A stretch of 48,812 nt of DNA from Candidatus Altiarchaeota archaeon (GTDB lineage: Archaea; Altiarchaeota; Altiarchaeia; IMC4; QMZM01): positions 1 through 48,812 of the forward strand of contig JAFGDV010000031.1 of the NCBI GenBank assembly GCA_016931955.1. Direction: 5' to 3'. The position numbers and the translations under genes were made by a program. Below the pieces are notes generated by a model. It had not been told where the DNA came from, did no database searches, and worked only from the letters and a program-made list of their open reading frames with translations. This document shows, piece by piece, positions 18,866-28,982 of this stretch. The stretch's first letter is position 1. Each line of letters opens with the position of its first letter.

Positions 18866-21040
18866 ATGACTGATAAAAAAGGGCTTGAACTGAAGGTCGC
18901 TGAGGCGCTCCAGAATGACGTTGGTAGGGGCATTGTTAGAATAGACGAGTATTCTATGAGGGCTCTTGAGATCACCTCAGGCGACATCATAGAGATAGAG
19001 GGTGAAAAGAAGACCGCTGCAATAGTCTGGCCCTCGCACATACAGGATAGCAGATTGGGCATCATCAGGATGGACGGGATCCTGAGGCAGAATTCCAGTT
19101 CTTCTCTCGGAGACCGGGTCATGGTGAGAAAGGCCGAGGTCCAAGGCGCTAAGAGGATAATAATGGCGCCTACCAGGCACGAGATAAAATTCGGGGGCGA
19201 CTTCGGAACCCACCTAAGGCAGAGGCTCCTCGGCAGACCGCTGGTTGTGGGGGACACCCTGTCCATAGGCGTCTTGGGCGAAGCCATCCCATTCATGGTG
19301 ATTAAGACCGACCCGAAGGGCGTCGTACAGGTAAGGGATTTCACCGACTTCGAGATAAAGGAGAAGCCGACCATCGTCACAGAGGCCCCAGCTATTAGGT
19401 ACGAAGACATCGGAGGCCTGCGGGAGGAGATTGCGAGGGTAAGGGAGATGGTGGAACTCCCCATGAAGCACCCTGAATTGTTCGAGAAACTGGGCATCAA
19501 GCCCCCTAAGGGCGTTCTGCTCTACGGCCCCCCTGGAACAGGTAAGACGCTTCTGGCTAGGGCTGTAGCAAGCGAGAGCAACGCCTACTTTATTCCGTTG
19601 AACGGTCCAGAGATAATGGATAAATACTACGGCGAATCAGAGAGGAAGCTCAGGGAGATATTCAAGGAGGGGGAAGAGAACGCCCCATCTATCATATTCA
19701 TAGACGAGATAGATTCAATCGCCCCTAAGAGGGAGGACGTCCGAGGCGAGGTTGAGAGGCGTGTTGTAGCACAACTGCTAGCGTTGATGGACGGCCTCGT
19801 CGGCAGAGGCAATGTTATCGTCATCGGCGCAACGAACCGGGAAGACTCCATAGACCCGGCACTCAGACGCCCTGGAAGATTCGACAGAGAGATAGAGATA
19901 GGCGTCCCGGACAGGGAGGGGAGGAAGGAAATCCTCCAGATACACACACGCGGCATGCCCCTCGCAAAAGACGTTAAACTGGATGAGATCTCGAATATCA
20001 CCCACGGCTTCGTGGGCGCGGACCTGGAGGCTTTGACTAGAGAGGCTGCTATGAACGCATTAAAACGTATCCTGCCAAAAATCGACCTGGAGAAGGAAGA
20101 AATACCAGTAGAGATCCTCGAAAGCCTGCGAGTGGAGCGGAGTGACTTCATGAATGCCTTGAAGAGCATCAGCCCGTCGGCGCTTCGCGAGGTCATGGTT
20201 GAGGTCCCAGACGTCAAATGGGGGGACATAGGCGGCTTAGAGAGAATGAAGCAAGAGCTCAGAGAGGCTGTTGAATGGCCTCTGAAGTATCCTGAAGCAT
20301 TCCAGAGGATGGGCATAAGGCCGTCGAAGGCCGTCCTGCTCTACGGGCCTTCAGGATGCGGTAAGACGCTTCTTGCTAAGGCAGCCGCAACGGAATCGGA
20401 AGCAAATCTGATCGCGGTTAAAGGGCCTGAGCTGCTCTCCATGTGGGTCGGTGAATCGGAGAAGGGCGTCAGGGAGATATTCAAGAAGGCCAAACAGACC
20501 GCGCCAACCATCATATTGTTCGATGAAATCGACGCCCTAGCGCCTAGAAGGAGGGGTGACGTGTCTGCAGGATCGCATGTAACCGAGACTGTTGTAAACC
20601 AGATACTTACGGAGATGGACGGCTTAGAAGTCCTGGAAAACGTGATAATCATCGGGGCGACGAACAGGCCCGACATACTCGATCCTTCGCTCCTGAGGCC
20701 GGGCAGATTCGACAGCAAGGTCTTGGTCACCGCCCCAGATAGGGCAGCACGACTGGAGATATTTAGGATACACACTAAGAATATGCCCCTTAAGGGTGTC
20801 GACTTGGAGAATCTTGCAGACAAGTCAGAGGGCTACAGCGGGGCAGACATCGAAGCAGTGTGCAGGGAAGCGGCGCTCATCGCGTTAAGGGATGACATAA
20901 AAGCCGACGAGGTCACTGAAGAACACTTCAGAAACGCCATCAAAAAGATCAAGCCTTCTGTTTCTAAGGAAGACATCAAGAGATATGATGAAGGGATCAT
21001 CACTGAAAAAGAGATGGTTATGTCTCCAGCATACGGCTGA
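18866..21040 (+). CDS. cdc48: CDC48/VAT family AAA+ ATPase
   Basis: N-domain plus two AAA modules ([32 protein letters not shown]); C-term AYG. Confidence 0.97.
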   Translation: MTDKKGLELKVAEALQNDVGRGIVRIDEYSMRALEITSGDIIEIEGEKKTAAIVWPSHIQDSRLGIIRMDGILRQNSSSSLGDRVMVRKAEVQGAKRIIMAPTRHEIKFGGDFGTHLRQRLLGRPLVVGDTLSIGVLGEAIPFMVIKTDPKGVVQVRDFTDFEIKEKPTIVTEAPAIRYEDIGGLREEIARVREMVELPMKHPELFEKLGIKPPKGVLLYGPPGTGKTLLARAVASESNAYFIPLNGPEIMDKYYGESERKLREIFKEGEENAPSIIFIDEIDSIAPKREDVRGEVERRVVAQLLALMDGLVGRGNVIVIGATNREDSIDPALRRPGRFDREIEIGVPDREGRKEILQIHTRGMPLAKDVKLDEISNITHGFVGADLEALTREAAMNALKRILPKIDLEKEEIPVEILESLRVERSDFMNALKSISPSALREVMVEVPDVKWGDIGGLERMKQELREAVEWPLKYPEAFQRMGIRPSKAVLLYGPSGCGKTLLAKAAATESEANLIAVKGPELLSMWVGESEKGVREIFKKAKQTAPTIILFDEIDALAPRRRGDVSAGSHVTETVVNQILTEMDGLEVLENVIIIGATNRPDILDPSLLRPGRFDSKVLVTAPDRAARLEIFRIHTKNMPLKGVDLENLADKSEGYSGADIEAVCREAALIALRDDIKADEVTEEHFRNAIKKIKPSVSKEDIKRYDEGIITEKEMVMSPAYG

Positions 21041-21045
21041 AAAAA

Positions 21046-22428
21046 ATGGACCCCACCGAGCTGAGCAAAGCCGTTGACATGAACTCCTCCTATCTAGGGG
21101 TTGATCGTCTGATGTTGATGGAGAACGCCGGCCGGGAGGTGGCAATACACGGCAGAGAATTCAATTCTATCGCAGTATTCGCTGGCTTGGGGAATAATGG
21201 CGGCGACGGTCTGGTCGCTGCCAGACACCTATCCGGGTTGGGGAAGAGGGTTAAGATCTACACCCTTTCCGGTAACCGGAGCAGGGAATGCCAGAAGAAC
21301 TTCGACATAGTAAAGCGAATAGATTCCATCGAAGTCGAGGTTGTAAGGGACTCCCAAGACTGCGGAAAGATCAGCTTGAGTGGATTCGACCTCGTCGTTG
21401 ATTCATTGCTCGGTGTCGGCGTAAGAGGCGAACTCCGGGAACCCATAAAAAGCCTTGTCGACATTATCAACAAAACCAAGGCTCACAAGATCGCAGTAGA
21501 CTGCCCCACCCCCGGAGTGAAAGCAGACCTGACGCTTTCCTTCCATGTCGCGAAAACACCTAACTCCAAGGTAGTCGACATAGGCATCCCCCAGGAGGCG
21601 GAATATTGCTGCGGCCCAGGGGATGTTTTCCTCGCATTGCCTGAAAGACATGGAAGCGAACATAAGGGCGACTTCGGTCGTTTACTGGTTGTGGGGGGCA
21701 GCAAAGACTTTGTGGGAACGCCCACGTTGGTTGGAGAAGCCGCCTTAAGAACTGGGGCTGACCTCGCAGTAATATGCTGTCCCTCCTATGTCGCAGCCAG
21801 GATGCCCTTCAACCCTGACCTGATCATTCATCCACTTGATTCCGAATTATATCTGCAGAAACATGACGTAGACCGTATTCTGGGATTAGACTTCGACTGC
21901 CTTGTTGTTGGAAACGGCCTTGGAACGGAGGAAGAGACCTATTATGCCCTAAAGAAGCTGCTTAAGGGAGTCGATAAACCCATTGTCTTGGATGCTGACG
22001 CATTGAAGCTGATGAAGACTAAACACTTGAAAGAGAACTTTATCCTCACACCCCATGCCAGAGAATTCGAGTTACTCTTCGGCGTGTATCCGGAGGATAG
22101 GAAAGCCGTTGTTGAGGAGTGTGCGAAAAAAACCGGATGCGTGATCCTGCTTAAGGGAGCCGTGGACGTTATATCGGATGGTAGGGAAACGAAACTTAAC
22201 CGTACCGGTAACGCCGGGATGACCGTCGGCGGTACAGGGGACGTGTTAGCCGGCATAGTCGGCGCCTTGGCCTGTAAGGCGGAATCTTTCAGGGCTGCTT
22301 GCGCTGGAGCTTTCCTTTCCGGGCTCTCCGGTGACCTGGCCTATAGGAAACTGGATTACTCATTCACTGCCACGGACTGCATTGAGAGGATTCCTTATGC
22401 GATAAAATTCTGCAGGAGATTCATGTGA
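21046..22428 (+). CDS. nnr: Bifunctional NAD(P)HX epimerase/dehydratase (YjeF/Nnr)
   Basis: LMENAG, GNNGGDG, HKGDFG, DADAL, LTPHAREF, GGTGDVLAG. Confidence 0.94.
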   Translation: MDPTELSKAVDMNSSYLGVDRLMLMENAGREVAIHGREFNSIAVFAGLGNNGGDGLVAARHLSGLGKRVKIYTLSGNRSRECQKNFDIVKRIDSIEVEVVRDSQDCGKISLSGFDLVVDSLLGVGVRGELREPIKSLVDIINKTKAHKIAVDCPTPGVKADLTLSFHVAKTPNSKVVDIGIPQEAEYCCGPGDVFLALPERHGSEHKGDFGRLLVVGGSKDFVGTPTLVGEAALRTGADLAVICCPSYVAARMPFNPDLIIHPLDSELYLQKHDVDRILGLDFDCLVVGNGLGTEEETYYALKKLLKGVDKPIVLDADALKLMKTKHLKENFILTPHAREFELLFGVYPEDRKAVVEECAKKTGCVILLKGAVDVISDGRETKLNRTGNAGMTVGGTGDVLAGIVGALACKAESFRAACAGAFLSGLSGDLAYRKLDYSFTATDCIERIPYAIKFCRRFM

Positions 22429-22838
22429 GAGACAATATCGCGGACTTTGAGGGATTGGCGGAGCACGTGGAGAAGTCTGGGTTGAATTACAGGGAGGCTA
22501 TTTTGGACTTCTATAAGAATCTGGGGGAGAAGAGCGGCTTCACTGTGAGAAGGGATTCTTCCATAATCAGGTATGGCTTGAATCTGGGTAGGATGGATTT
22601 GATCTGGATCGAGCCTAACATAACATTCACGATAGAGTTCGGCAGCCTTGACGAGATACTGAAGCATCTTTGGCGTATCCTGGAGTTCTCTCCTTCCCTG
22701 GCTGTCCTGTTGTTGAGCTCGAAGTCCGGCTGCAAAGCAACTGATGTGCTGAAATTGATAAACAGCTCCCCACTCCTAGAACCGATGAAGAAAAAATTCC
22801 TCATACTCGACCTAACAGAAGAAGAAATAGTGGAATAG
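22425..22838 (+). CDS. Hypothetical protein with PD-(D/E)xK nuclease-like pattern
   Basis: LGEKSGF..GRMDLIW..FTIEF; GTG start overlaps the nnr stop. Confidence 0.6.
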   Translation: MRDNIADFEGLAEHVEKSGLNYREAILDFYKNLGEKSGFTVRRDSSIIRYGLNLGRMDLIWIEPNITFTIEFGSLDEILKHLWRILEFSPSLAVLLLSSKSGCKATDVLKLINSSPLLEPMKKKFLILDLTEEEIVE

Positions 22839-22868
22839 ATTTATAGCCAAAGAGGGGAATAATGTAAC

Positions 22869-23588
22869 ATGAAACAAACATGTTTCTCTTCTCTATTGTT
22901 TCTGGTCTTGATTCTATGCACTACTGTAGTCGCCCAGGAGACTGTTACCAGCAGCTGCAATTGCCTTATAACTCAGTTACTTGAAGTTTTAACTGGTGCC
23001 GTTATCCTGCTTTCGTCGGCGTTTGTTGTATGGCATCTGCTCTCTTTTTATGTTAACCGTAAAAAAGGAGTTGCTGGTGGGACTTCCTTACTAAAGAAAC
23101 TCTTCCTGTATCTGTTGATTACTTTTTTCGTCACCTTAATTGTTTTCGGCATAGTTGGGATTTATATTGGAATAGGCATTGTTCTTCTTGTTGTGGTGAT
23201 TCATCTGGTGCTAATGTTTATATCGGCCCTTATCCCCCTCATATTGCCAATAATATTTGTTTTCATTATTTCCCTGTTGGTTCACAGGTTTATGGGTGAA
23301 AAAGCTTCCAAGATCATGTCTCCATTCCTGATGACGGCTTTTTTACCCCAGCTTATGTTTACATACATCCTCTTACTCTCCTGGGCAGTAACGGGAGAGC
23401 CTTCTCCTTCATTGATCGGGCTTTCGCTAACGCCTGCTTTAATTCAATTCCTGATCCTGAGGATTATGTTGAAGCGAAATACAGAGAACAAACCTGTAAG
23501 TCATCTGATGGCAGTGGCAAGCCTGATTCCAGTCATCACCGGCCTGATATTGATAAACTCAGGAATCTTCGAATGCGTCTGCTTATAG
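22869..23588 (+). CDS. Hypothetical polytopic membrane protein with signal-peptide-like N-terminus
   Basis: Several long hydrophobic stretches; T-rich coding strand; CxC near both ends. Confidence 0.75.
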   Translation: MKQTCFSSLLFLVLILCTTVVAQETVTSSCNCLITQLLEVLTGAVILLSSAFVVWHLLSFYVNRKKGVAGGTSLLKKLFLYLLITFFVTLIVFGIVGIYIGIGIVLLVVVIHLVLMFISALIPLILPIIFVFIISLLVHRFMGEKASKIMSPFLMTAFLPQLMFTYILLLSWAVTGEPSPSLIGLSLTPALIQFLILRIMLKRNTENKPVSHLMAVASLIPVITGLILINSGIFECVCL

Positions 23589-23651
23589 GGATACATCTAG
23601 GGATGAGAATGTGTTAGAATGAAGTGGAATCTATAAGACTGATTTAATAGC

Positions 23652-24209
23652 TCAGATTACCCTGACTTGTTCTATTTCTACTCTTCGTATGGGTGCTATT
23701 TTCTTGATTTCTCGGTATATTTCTGTTCCGAGTTTGCCGAAGAGTGTTGACTGCACGAATTCGTCGAGTTTCGTGTTCTTGTATCTGTCCAGGATCTCTG
23801 TTATCTTAGCCCTCATGTCTTTATCCCGTGAGGTCTGCACTGTCTCATGTGTTACTGCCACGACCTTAATCTGGATCCTCTTGTTTGGTTCGATTTCCAT
23901 CCTCTTCACGTAGTCGATTTTGGTGGAGCCCTTACGGACCTTGGATCTCAGATAGCCAGGATTCACGTTGAATTCCTTGAATCCTGTGTGGGCTTTGTTT
24001 CCTTTAACCTCCTTTATCTCGAATACCAGTTTGAGGTGTTGTTTCGTCTTGTCACCTGTAAGATCCTTCAACGAAACATCTATTGTTCTGCCAATAAGGC
24101 TTTCAGAATCCTTGGAGAAGGTTTCGCCAAGCTCATGGAGGTCGAAGTTCTCCGGTGCGACGATCATGTACTTCTGTTTCTGCTTCCATGCGCTTATTTT
24201 TTTCGCCAT
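23652..24209 (-). CDS. rps3ae: 30S ribosomal protein eS1 (S3Ae)
   Basis: WKQKQKY.IVAP, LIGRT..DLTGD..HLKL.F, YLRSKVRKGSTKID, KKIAPIRRVEI. Confidence 0.95.
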   Translation of the reverse strand: MAKKISAWKQKQKYMIVAPENFDLHELGETFSKDSESLIGRTIDVSLKDLTGDKTKQHLKLVFEIKEVKGNKAHTGFKEFNVNPGYLRSKVRKGSTKIDYVKRMEIEPNKRIQIKVVAVTHETVQTSRDKDMRAKITEILDRYKNTKLDEFVQSTLFGKLGTEIYREIKKIAPIRRVEIEQVRVI

Positions 24210-24212
24210 CTT

Positions 24213-24437
24213 TTATCTTACGATCTTCTCTGCCATCATCTGGCAGCATATTAAGTCATCGAGTGTATTGATTAACGTGTTAATGCTGTTTGATTCTACT
24301 CTTGTGAGTACCTTGTCTTTCTCTTTTTCTGTCCTGATTCTAAGCTCTGGCAGGCTGACGTTGTCGGCGTCGAGTGCTGCTGCAACATTTCCAGCATCCT
24401 TTGATTCGGTCTTCAATACCGCTGTTATCTTCATCAC
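24213..24437 (-). CDS. pcc1: KEOPS complex subunit Pcc1
   Basis: [16 protein letters not shown]; position between rps15 and rps3ae. Confidence 0.8.
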   Translation of the reverse strand: MMKITAVLKTESKDAGNVAAALDADNVSLPELRIRTEKEKDKVLTRVESNSINTLINTLDDLICCQMMAEKIVR

Positions 24438-24886
24438 ACCATCAACCTCGCCTTCCCCGGCTCATAGCGCCAGTCTTGAGGCAGTCTGCCTTCCACCTTA
24501 TAGTATTTCACAAGCCTTTTGATCTTTGACTCGATTAATTGTAGACCCCTCCTGTTGTGTTTGTCTTTTTTGTGTTGCTCTAGGTGTTTTTGCAGTTTAA
24601 CCGCCTTCTTGATAAGGTTCTGCACGTCTTCCGGTATGTCTGATGCTAGCTTATTTTTGTGCAGAAAATAGGCCACCTTCTTTCCAGTCACATCCTTCAC
24701 ACTGGGTATGCCGTATTGGTCCCTGAGGATTAAACCTACTTTGCTCTGAGAGTTCCCGTCCTTGAAGAGCTTTATTATCAACTCCTCTATCTCTTTTGTG
24801 TCGTAGGTTACCCAGTCAGGCTTCGCCGTTCTATGGGGGTGGGTTGGACCTGATTTACCCTTCCTGCGAGTATGCATTCGAGCCAT
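24434..24886 (-). CDS. rps15: 30S ribosomal protein uS15
   Basis: [44 protein letters not shown]. Confidence 0.98.
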   Translation of the reverse strand: MARMHTRRKGKSGPTHPHRTAKPDWVTYDTKEIEELIIKLFKDGNSQSKVGLILRDQYGIPSVKDVTGKKVAYFLHKNKLASDIPEDVQNLIKKAVKLQKHLEQHKKDKHNRRGLQLIESKIKRLVKYYKVEGRLPQDWRYEPGKARLMV

Positions 24887-24909
24887 TTTATATTACGACA
24901 GTTGTATCT

Positions 24910-24942
24910 TGGCATGGAGGAGACCTGAGTCCGCTCCATCCA
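24910..24942 (-). promoter_or_regulatory. Candidate structured 5' leader of rps15
   Basis: Minus strand TGGATGGAG-cg-GAC-tcag-GTC-tc-CTCCATGCCA hairpin between an AT-rich TATA-like block (~24974-24982) and the ATG. Confidence 0.45.
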
Positions 24943-24983
24943 GAACGAGTATAGTATAATCTATGCGAATTCGTAAATAAAAG

Positions 24984-26369
24984 TCAGTTCTTCAGCTGCT
25001 TTTCAAAGATCTCGTCCACACACCTTAGAAATTCGTCTCTCCGGTCTCTTGGGACGCGAGCTCCTGCGGCTATGTCGTGACCTCCCCCGTCTCCGCCGAA
25101 GGGCTTGCTGCATTCCCTCATCGCGTTTCCTAGGTGTATTCCTCTCCTCACAAGGGACCAGTTCGCCCTAGCAGAAACCTTCAGAAAGCTCGGATCATCC
25201 CGGTCTTCTGCGAACGCCAGCACTGGCTTCCTGGGATCCAGAATCCTTGCACCGTATGCCATACCAGCCACCACCCCTATGATGTTCTCCGTTATAGCCC
25301 CCCTCGAATCGAAGTAGTCGAAATTCCGCATTCTTTCCGTACCCATCCCCTTCAGGTACTCTATGCCCTCCCTGAGCATCCTCCTGTGGTCTTGGAGTAT
25401 GCCTCTCGCCGTCCTCCAGTATTCGTCTCTATCACCCAAGCAGACTTCTACGCCTATCTCCGGCTGCTCCTGTCTGCCGCAGGCATTCAATACCGTTGCG
25501 AACTCTTTGCCGTCCCTCAACTCGGTGCCCTTTTCTTCTTTTAGCAAGGTGTAGACTTCACCTACCATGTCTTGTATAACGAACTCGGGGACATTAGCAT
25601 CCAATAGGAGTATGTATAGGGCCGTTGCAAGCTTCTTCCTCTCCTTGAATGTCAGGTCCACATAGGATTTAAGGTCTCCTTTTTCCCTCGTTAATTCCAT
25701 GCCAAGGTTCTGTAAAAAGGCTATGCAGTTTTCTGGGTTCCCCGTCAGCCCCGGTAGGAATGGGTCTGAGGCGTAAGCCAACATATGGTTTAGCGGCCTG
25801 GATTGTCTCCCGAACAGCCGGAGATCGTGTTTCACCTTCAATGTTCCCTGAGTTACTCCGTCGTCTAGTATAATCCTGTTCAGTGAGTGAAGTCTCCCTT
25901 CAGAGTCCTGCATGTCGCCTACGGCCCCAACTAAGGCGATGTGTGCGTTTTCTTCGTGGCCTAAGGCTTTTGCGACAAAGTACGTCATTCCTGCGCCGCT
26001 CACATCCCGTCCGCCGTCGTATCCATAAAAGTGGGGATTAATCTGTCGTTCGTGTTTTTCCTCTGGTGGATGGTGGTCTATCACATAGAAATCCTCTATC
26101 TCGTTCTCCTTCAGGAGGGTGAGCTGCCCGGAACCCATGTCAGTGAACACTATGGTCTTGTCTGCGTCCACGATTTTTCCTATCGTGGTGGAATCCAATT
26201 GTTTCAGAACGAGGAAGTCGACCTCCTTCCCAAGCTTATGGAATAGGTCCACCATTATCGCGCACGCAGTTATGCCGTCTGCGTCATGGTGGCTGACTAC
26301 GAGGAGATCATCCTCCCTGGAAAGATCCCCTGAAAATCTCTTTATCCGATCCCAAAACGCCTTCTTCAT
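24984..26369 (-). CDS. RecJ-like DHH/DHHA1 phosphoesterase
   Basis: SHHDADG, TDMGSG, IDHH, GAVGDMQ, LNACGR, GGGHDIAAGA. Confidence 0.93.
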   Translation of the reverse strand: MKKAFWDRIKRFSGDLSREDDLLVVSHHDADGITACAIMVDLFHKLGKEVDFLVLKQLDSTTIGKIVDADKTIVFTDMGSGQLTLLKENEIEDFYVIDHHPPEEKHERQINPHFYGYDGGRDVSGAGMTYFVAKALGHEENAHIALVGAVGDMQDSEGRLHSLNRIILDDGVTQGTLKVKHDLRLFGRQSRPLNHMLAYASDPFLPGLTGNPENCIAFLQNLGMELTREKGDLKSYVDLTFKERKKLATALYILLLDANVPEFVIQDMVGEVYTLLKEEKGTELRDGKEFATVLNACGRQEQPEIGVEVCLGDRDEYWRTARGILQDHRRMLREGIEYLKGMGTERMRNFDYFDSRGAITENIIGVVAGMAYGARILDPRKPVLAFAEDRDDPSFLKVSARANWSLVRRGIHLGNAMRECSKPFGGDGGGHDIAAGARVPRDRRDEFLRCVDEIFEKQLKN

Positions 26370-26471
26370 CCTGAAACATTAGATATTGTAATATGTGCTT
26401 ATAACTTGCCTCGGCTAGAATCAGTATTTTATTCTAATCTGCTTTATAGTAGTATAAATATATATGTGTAT

Positions 26472-26915
26472 ATGAAGGGTCAGTCCGCTTCATTCGACAT
26501 GGTGCTCGTGCTTCTAACAATCTCTTTAGCACTGGCTTTTATCTCAGGATTCCTCAACAACTCAGCAGAAGAAACACAAACGCTGAGGGTAAGAGATGAT
26601 TACACTCACAGCCTGCTTGTGAGCATGCTCCGTTGCACAATAAACTCGTCACAGAAGACCTTCTCCGATCTTACGGTAGAGTTCTTCCAGAACGCGTCCC
26701 TGAACCAGACCCTCGGCGGGGAGATAACACAACACATGAACCTTTACGCAGAGGACAGGAAACTTGACTGGGTTGTCTACGCTAATGGAACAAGCCTGCT
26801 CTGGGTCCCTTGGGAGAAGACACTCTCTGGGAAGAAGATCACTTCATCCAGCACTGAATTGCTTTTACCAGACAACGATACTGTAAGGCTTTATTTGTTC
26901 ATCAAATGGGGTTGA
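26472..26915 (+). CDS. Pilin-like protein with class III (prepilin) signal peptide
   Basis: MKG|QSASFD followed by a hydrophobic stretch; adjacent prepilin peptidase. Confidence 0.65.
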   Translation: MKGQSASFDMVLVLLTISLALAFISGFLNNSAEETQTLRVRDDYTHSLLVSMLRCTINSSQKTFSDLTVEFFQNASLNQTLGGEITQHMNLYAEDRKLDWVVYANGTSLLWVPWEKTLSGKKITSSSTELLLPDNDTVRLYLFIKWG

Positions 26916-26916
26916 A

Positions 26917-27774
26917 ATGCTAGGGGTGACGGCTGCAATTACGGGAACACTTACAGCAGTATGCTTTGACCTGAGATACCAGAGGATCCCGAACATGCTT
27001 CTCGGACTCATGTTCTTCTTCTCGTTGCCTGTCGCATTACTTGGGGGTAATATGGTTCCATGGGCTTTAAACGTTACCCTCGCATTCATCCTCTTCTATG
27101 CATTCTGGGCTCTTAGGGTGTGGGCTGCAGGGGACTCAAAGCTATTGATCGCGTTAGCGGCTTTGATACCACAGTACCCGGAAACGGCTTTTCTCCCAAA
27201 ACCCCAATACAGTGGATTCTTCTTCTTGACGGTGGTTATGAATCTCCTCGTAGTCTATCTTGCATACGCATCCGTCTTACTCATAGTGAGGTCTCCGGGA
27301 AAGGCGGCTAGAAACATCACGGTGCCGCTTGCCTTGTCTGCTGTGATCCTATGCCCGGTTCCCAGCATATCAAGGTACTCGTCTTTCTTATTCATAGTCC
27401 TCTCCCTCTACGTCTACCATGAGGCGTCCAGGCTGAGGCTCACGAAGAGGGTAAGAATCACTGAGCTAAAGATAGGAGACAACCTTGCAGAGCGTGTAAT
27501 AGAAAAAGGGGGAATAATTATGAGGGAAAGAGAGGAGCGGGCTTCTTTAACATCACTTCTGAAAGAACTTTTCAGGGGGGAAACAGAGGCTGTGGTGAAA
27601 CCCTCCGCCGCGGGAATTACTGAAGAGGAGAGGGGAAGACTTGTTGGGCTCGTAATAGCTGGGGGTATAGGAGATGAGATAGAGATCTACTCTGGAACAA
27701 TGATGAGTCCCTTGATTCTAATCGCGCTGCTTTTTTCGGTCTTTGCCGGGGACCTGTTTTCTGTCATCCTCTGA
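26917..27774 (+). CDS. A24 prepilin peptidase, EppA-like
   Basis: DLRYQRIPN and AAGDSKLL (GxGD-like aspartates), extra TM helices, ELKIGDNLAE soluble insert. Confidence 0.85.
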   Translation: MLGVTAAITGTLTAVCFDLRYQRIPNMLLGLMFFFSLPVALLGGNMVPWALNVTLAFILFYAFWALRVWAAGDSKLLIALAALIPQYPETAFLPKPQYSGFFFLTVVMNLLVVYLAYASVLLIVRSPGKAARNITVPLALSAVILCPVPSISRYSSFLFIVLSLYVYHEASRLRLTKRVRITELKIGDNLAERVIEKGGIIMREREERASLTSLLKELFRGETEAVVKPSAAGITEEERGRLVGLVIAGGIGDEIEIYSGTMMSPLILIALLFSVFAGDLFSVIL

Positions 27775-28090
27775 AGTCACTGCGTGTTAATGGCTTTATA
27801 TTCCGCTCTTTTCCTATGGGGCTGAGTTTGTCTTTCTCCAGTTTTCTTCCGACTGAAGCCTGAAGCTGTTTAATTCCCTCCCTTCTCTTCTCTATTTCCG
27901 CATCCAGCGAATCTATCTCCCCTTTCATCCTCTGCAGCTCATCATCTAAGAGGATCCTTACCTCCTCTCTTATCTTGTTGTCTATGTATCTGAGCAGGGA
28001 ATCCCAGAACATGGGCAGCACTGTGAGTGAGTAGGAGACTATAAGTGCTATGAATACTATACCACCCGTGAGTAGAAGGACTTCTATCAT
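27764..28090 (-). CDS. Hypothetical membrane-anchored coiled-coil protein
   Basis: N-terminal TM helix then a charged heptad region. Confidence 0.65.
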   Translation of the reverse strand: MIEVLLLTGGIVFIALIVSYSLTVLPMFWDSLLRYIDNKIREEVRILLDDELQRMKGEIDSLDAEIEKRREGIKQLQASVGRKLEKDKLSPIGKERNIKPLTRSDFRG

Positions 28091-28179
28091 TCCTATGGGG
28101 TTCTAAAAATCCCACCCAGTTATATATTACTATAAAGAAATATATAAATCACTATAAATAGTTGTTAAAGAAAGAAGGA

Positions 28180-28896
28180 TTAACCCAAGGCTAACGCCTC
28201 CCTTAAATCAATCCCACCAACATAGAGGGCCTTACCCAAGACAACACCCCATGCACCTGTTTCCTTGATTTTTTCAAGGTCTGCGATGCTTGAGATTCCA
28301 CCAGATACGATGACTGGCATCGCCGTCGATTCCACAACGCACCTTATCCGCTCAAGATTGATACCTTGCATTCTACCCTCTACATCCACATCAGTATAGA
28401 GGAAACCCCACACAAGACCCTCAAGCCTTTCCACAAACTCAGTGGCCTTCAATTCAGTCAACTTCTGCCAGCCGTCTACGACGATCCTGCCCCCCCTAGA
28501 ATCCAACGCCACAATCAACCCATGGGTACCGAATTCCTCACCCAGCCTCCGGATGTTGAAGAAATCCGCCCTATAGTCGTCGAATGCCATCGTCCCCAGA
28601 ATGATCCGATCAATCCCGGAGTCCAGGAGATACTGAGCCCTTTCATAGTCTCGGATGCCCCCACCAAAGTGGACAGGCAGCTTCGTCGTCCTGCAGATCC
28701 TCAAAACAGTATCCAGGTTATCGCCTGTGCCGAGGGCAGCATCCAGGTCGATGACGTGAAGCATCTCGGCTCCAGCCTGCACCCACTCCATCGCTATCTC
28801 CACCGGGTCGCCGAAGAATTCCTCAGTTCCAGGCTCCCCACCAATCAACTGAACACAGTGGTCGTCCATTATATCTATAGCAGGTATGACCTTCAT
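28180..28896 (-). CDS. hisA: ProFAR isomerase
   Basis: VIPAIDI, LHVIDLD, GGGIR, LYTDVDVEG, SGGISS, GKALY. Confidence 0.95.
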   Translation of the reverse strand: MKVIPAIDIMDDHCVQLIGGEPGTEEFFGDPVEIAMEWVQAGAEMLHVIDLDAALGTGDNLDTVLRICRTTKLPVHFGGGIRDYERAQYLLDSGIDRIILGTMAFDDYRADFFNIRRLGEEFGTHGLIVALDSRGGRIVVDGWQKLTELKATEFVERLEGLVWGFLYTDVDVEGRMQGINLERIRCVVESTAMPVIVSGGISSIADLEKIKETGAWGVVLGKALYVGGIDLREALALG

Positions 28897-28982
28897 CTCA
28901 TCCTCCCTCCTTTGATGAGCAAGACGCTTAGCGTCTTTTTGATCAACCTTTTACGAAAAGGTTGCGCGGATATGACCTTCAT
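28893..28982 (-). other. 29-codon false-start uORF duplicating the hisA start and reading through two hairpins
   Basis: MKVISAQPFRKRLIKKTLSVLLIKGGRMR*; ggataagATGAAGGTCATA vs ggatgagATGAAGGTCATA (18/19); its TGA overlaps the hisA ATG. Confidence 0.6.

Noticed and set aside
23589-23651. Possible gene-end remnant (EVESIRLI*) resembling the rps3ae C-terminus
   Set aside because: Opposite strand and only about 15/27 nt identity; likely chance
28893-28982. Histidine attenuator leader peptide
   Set aside because: The uORF has no His codons
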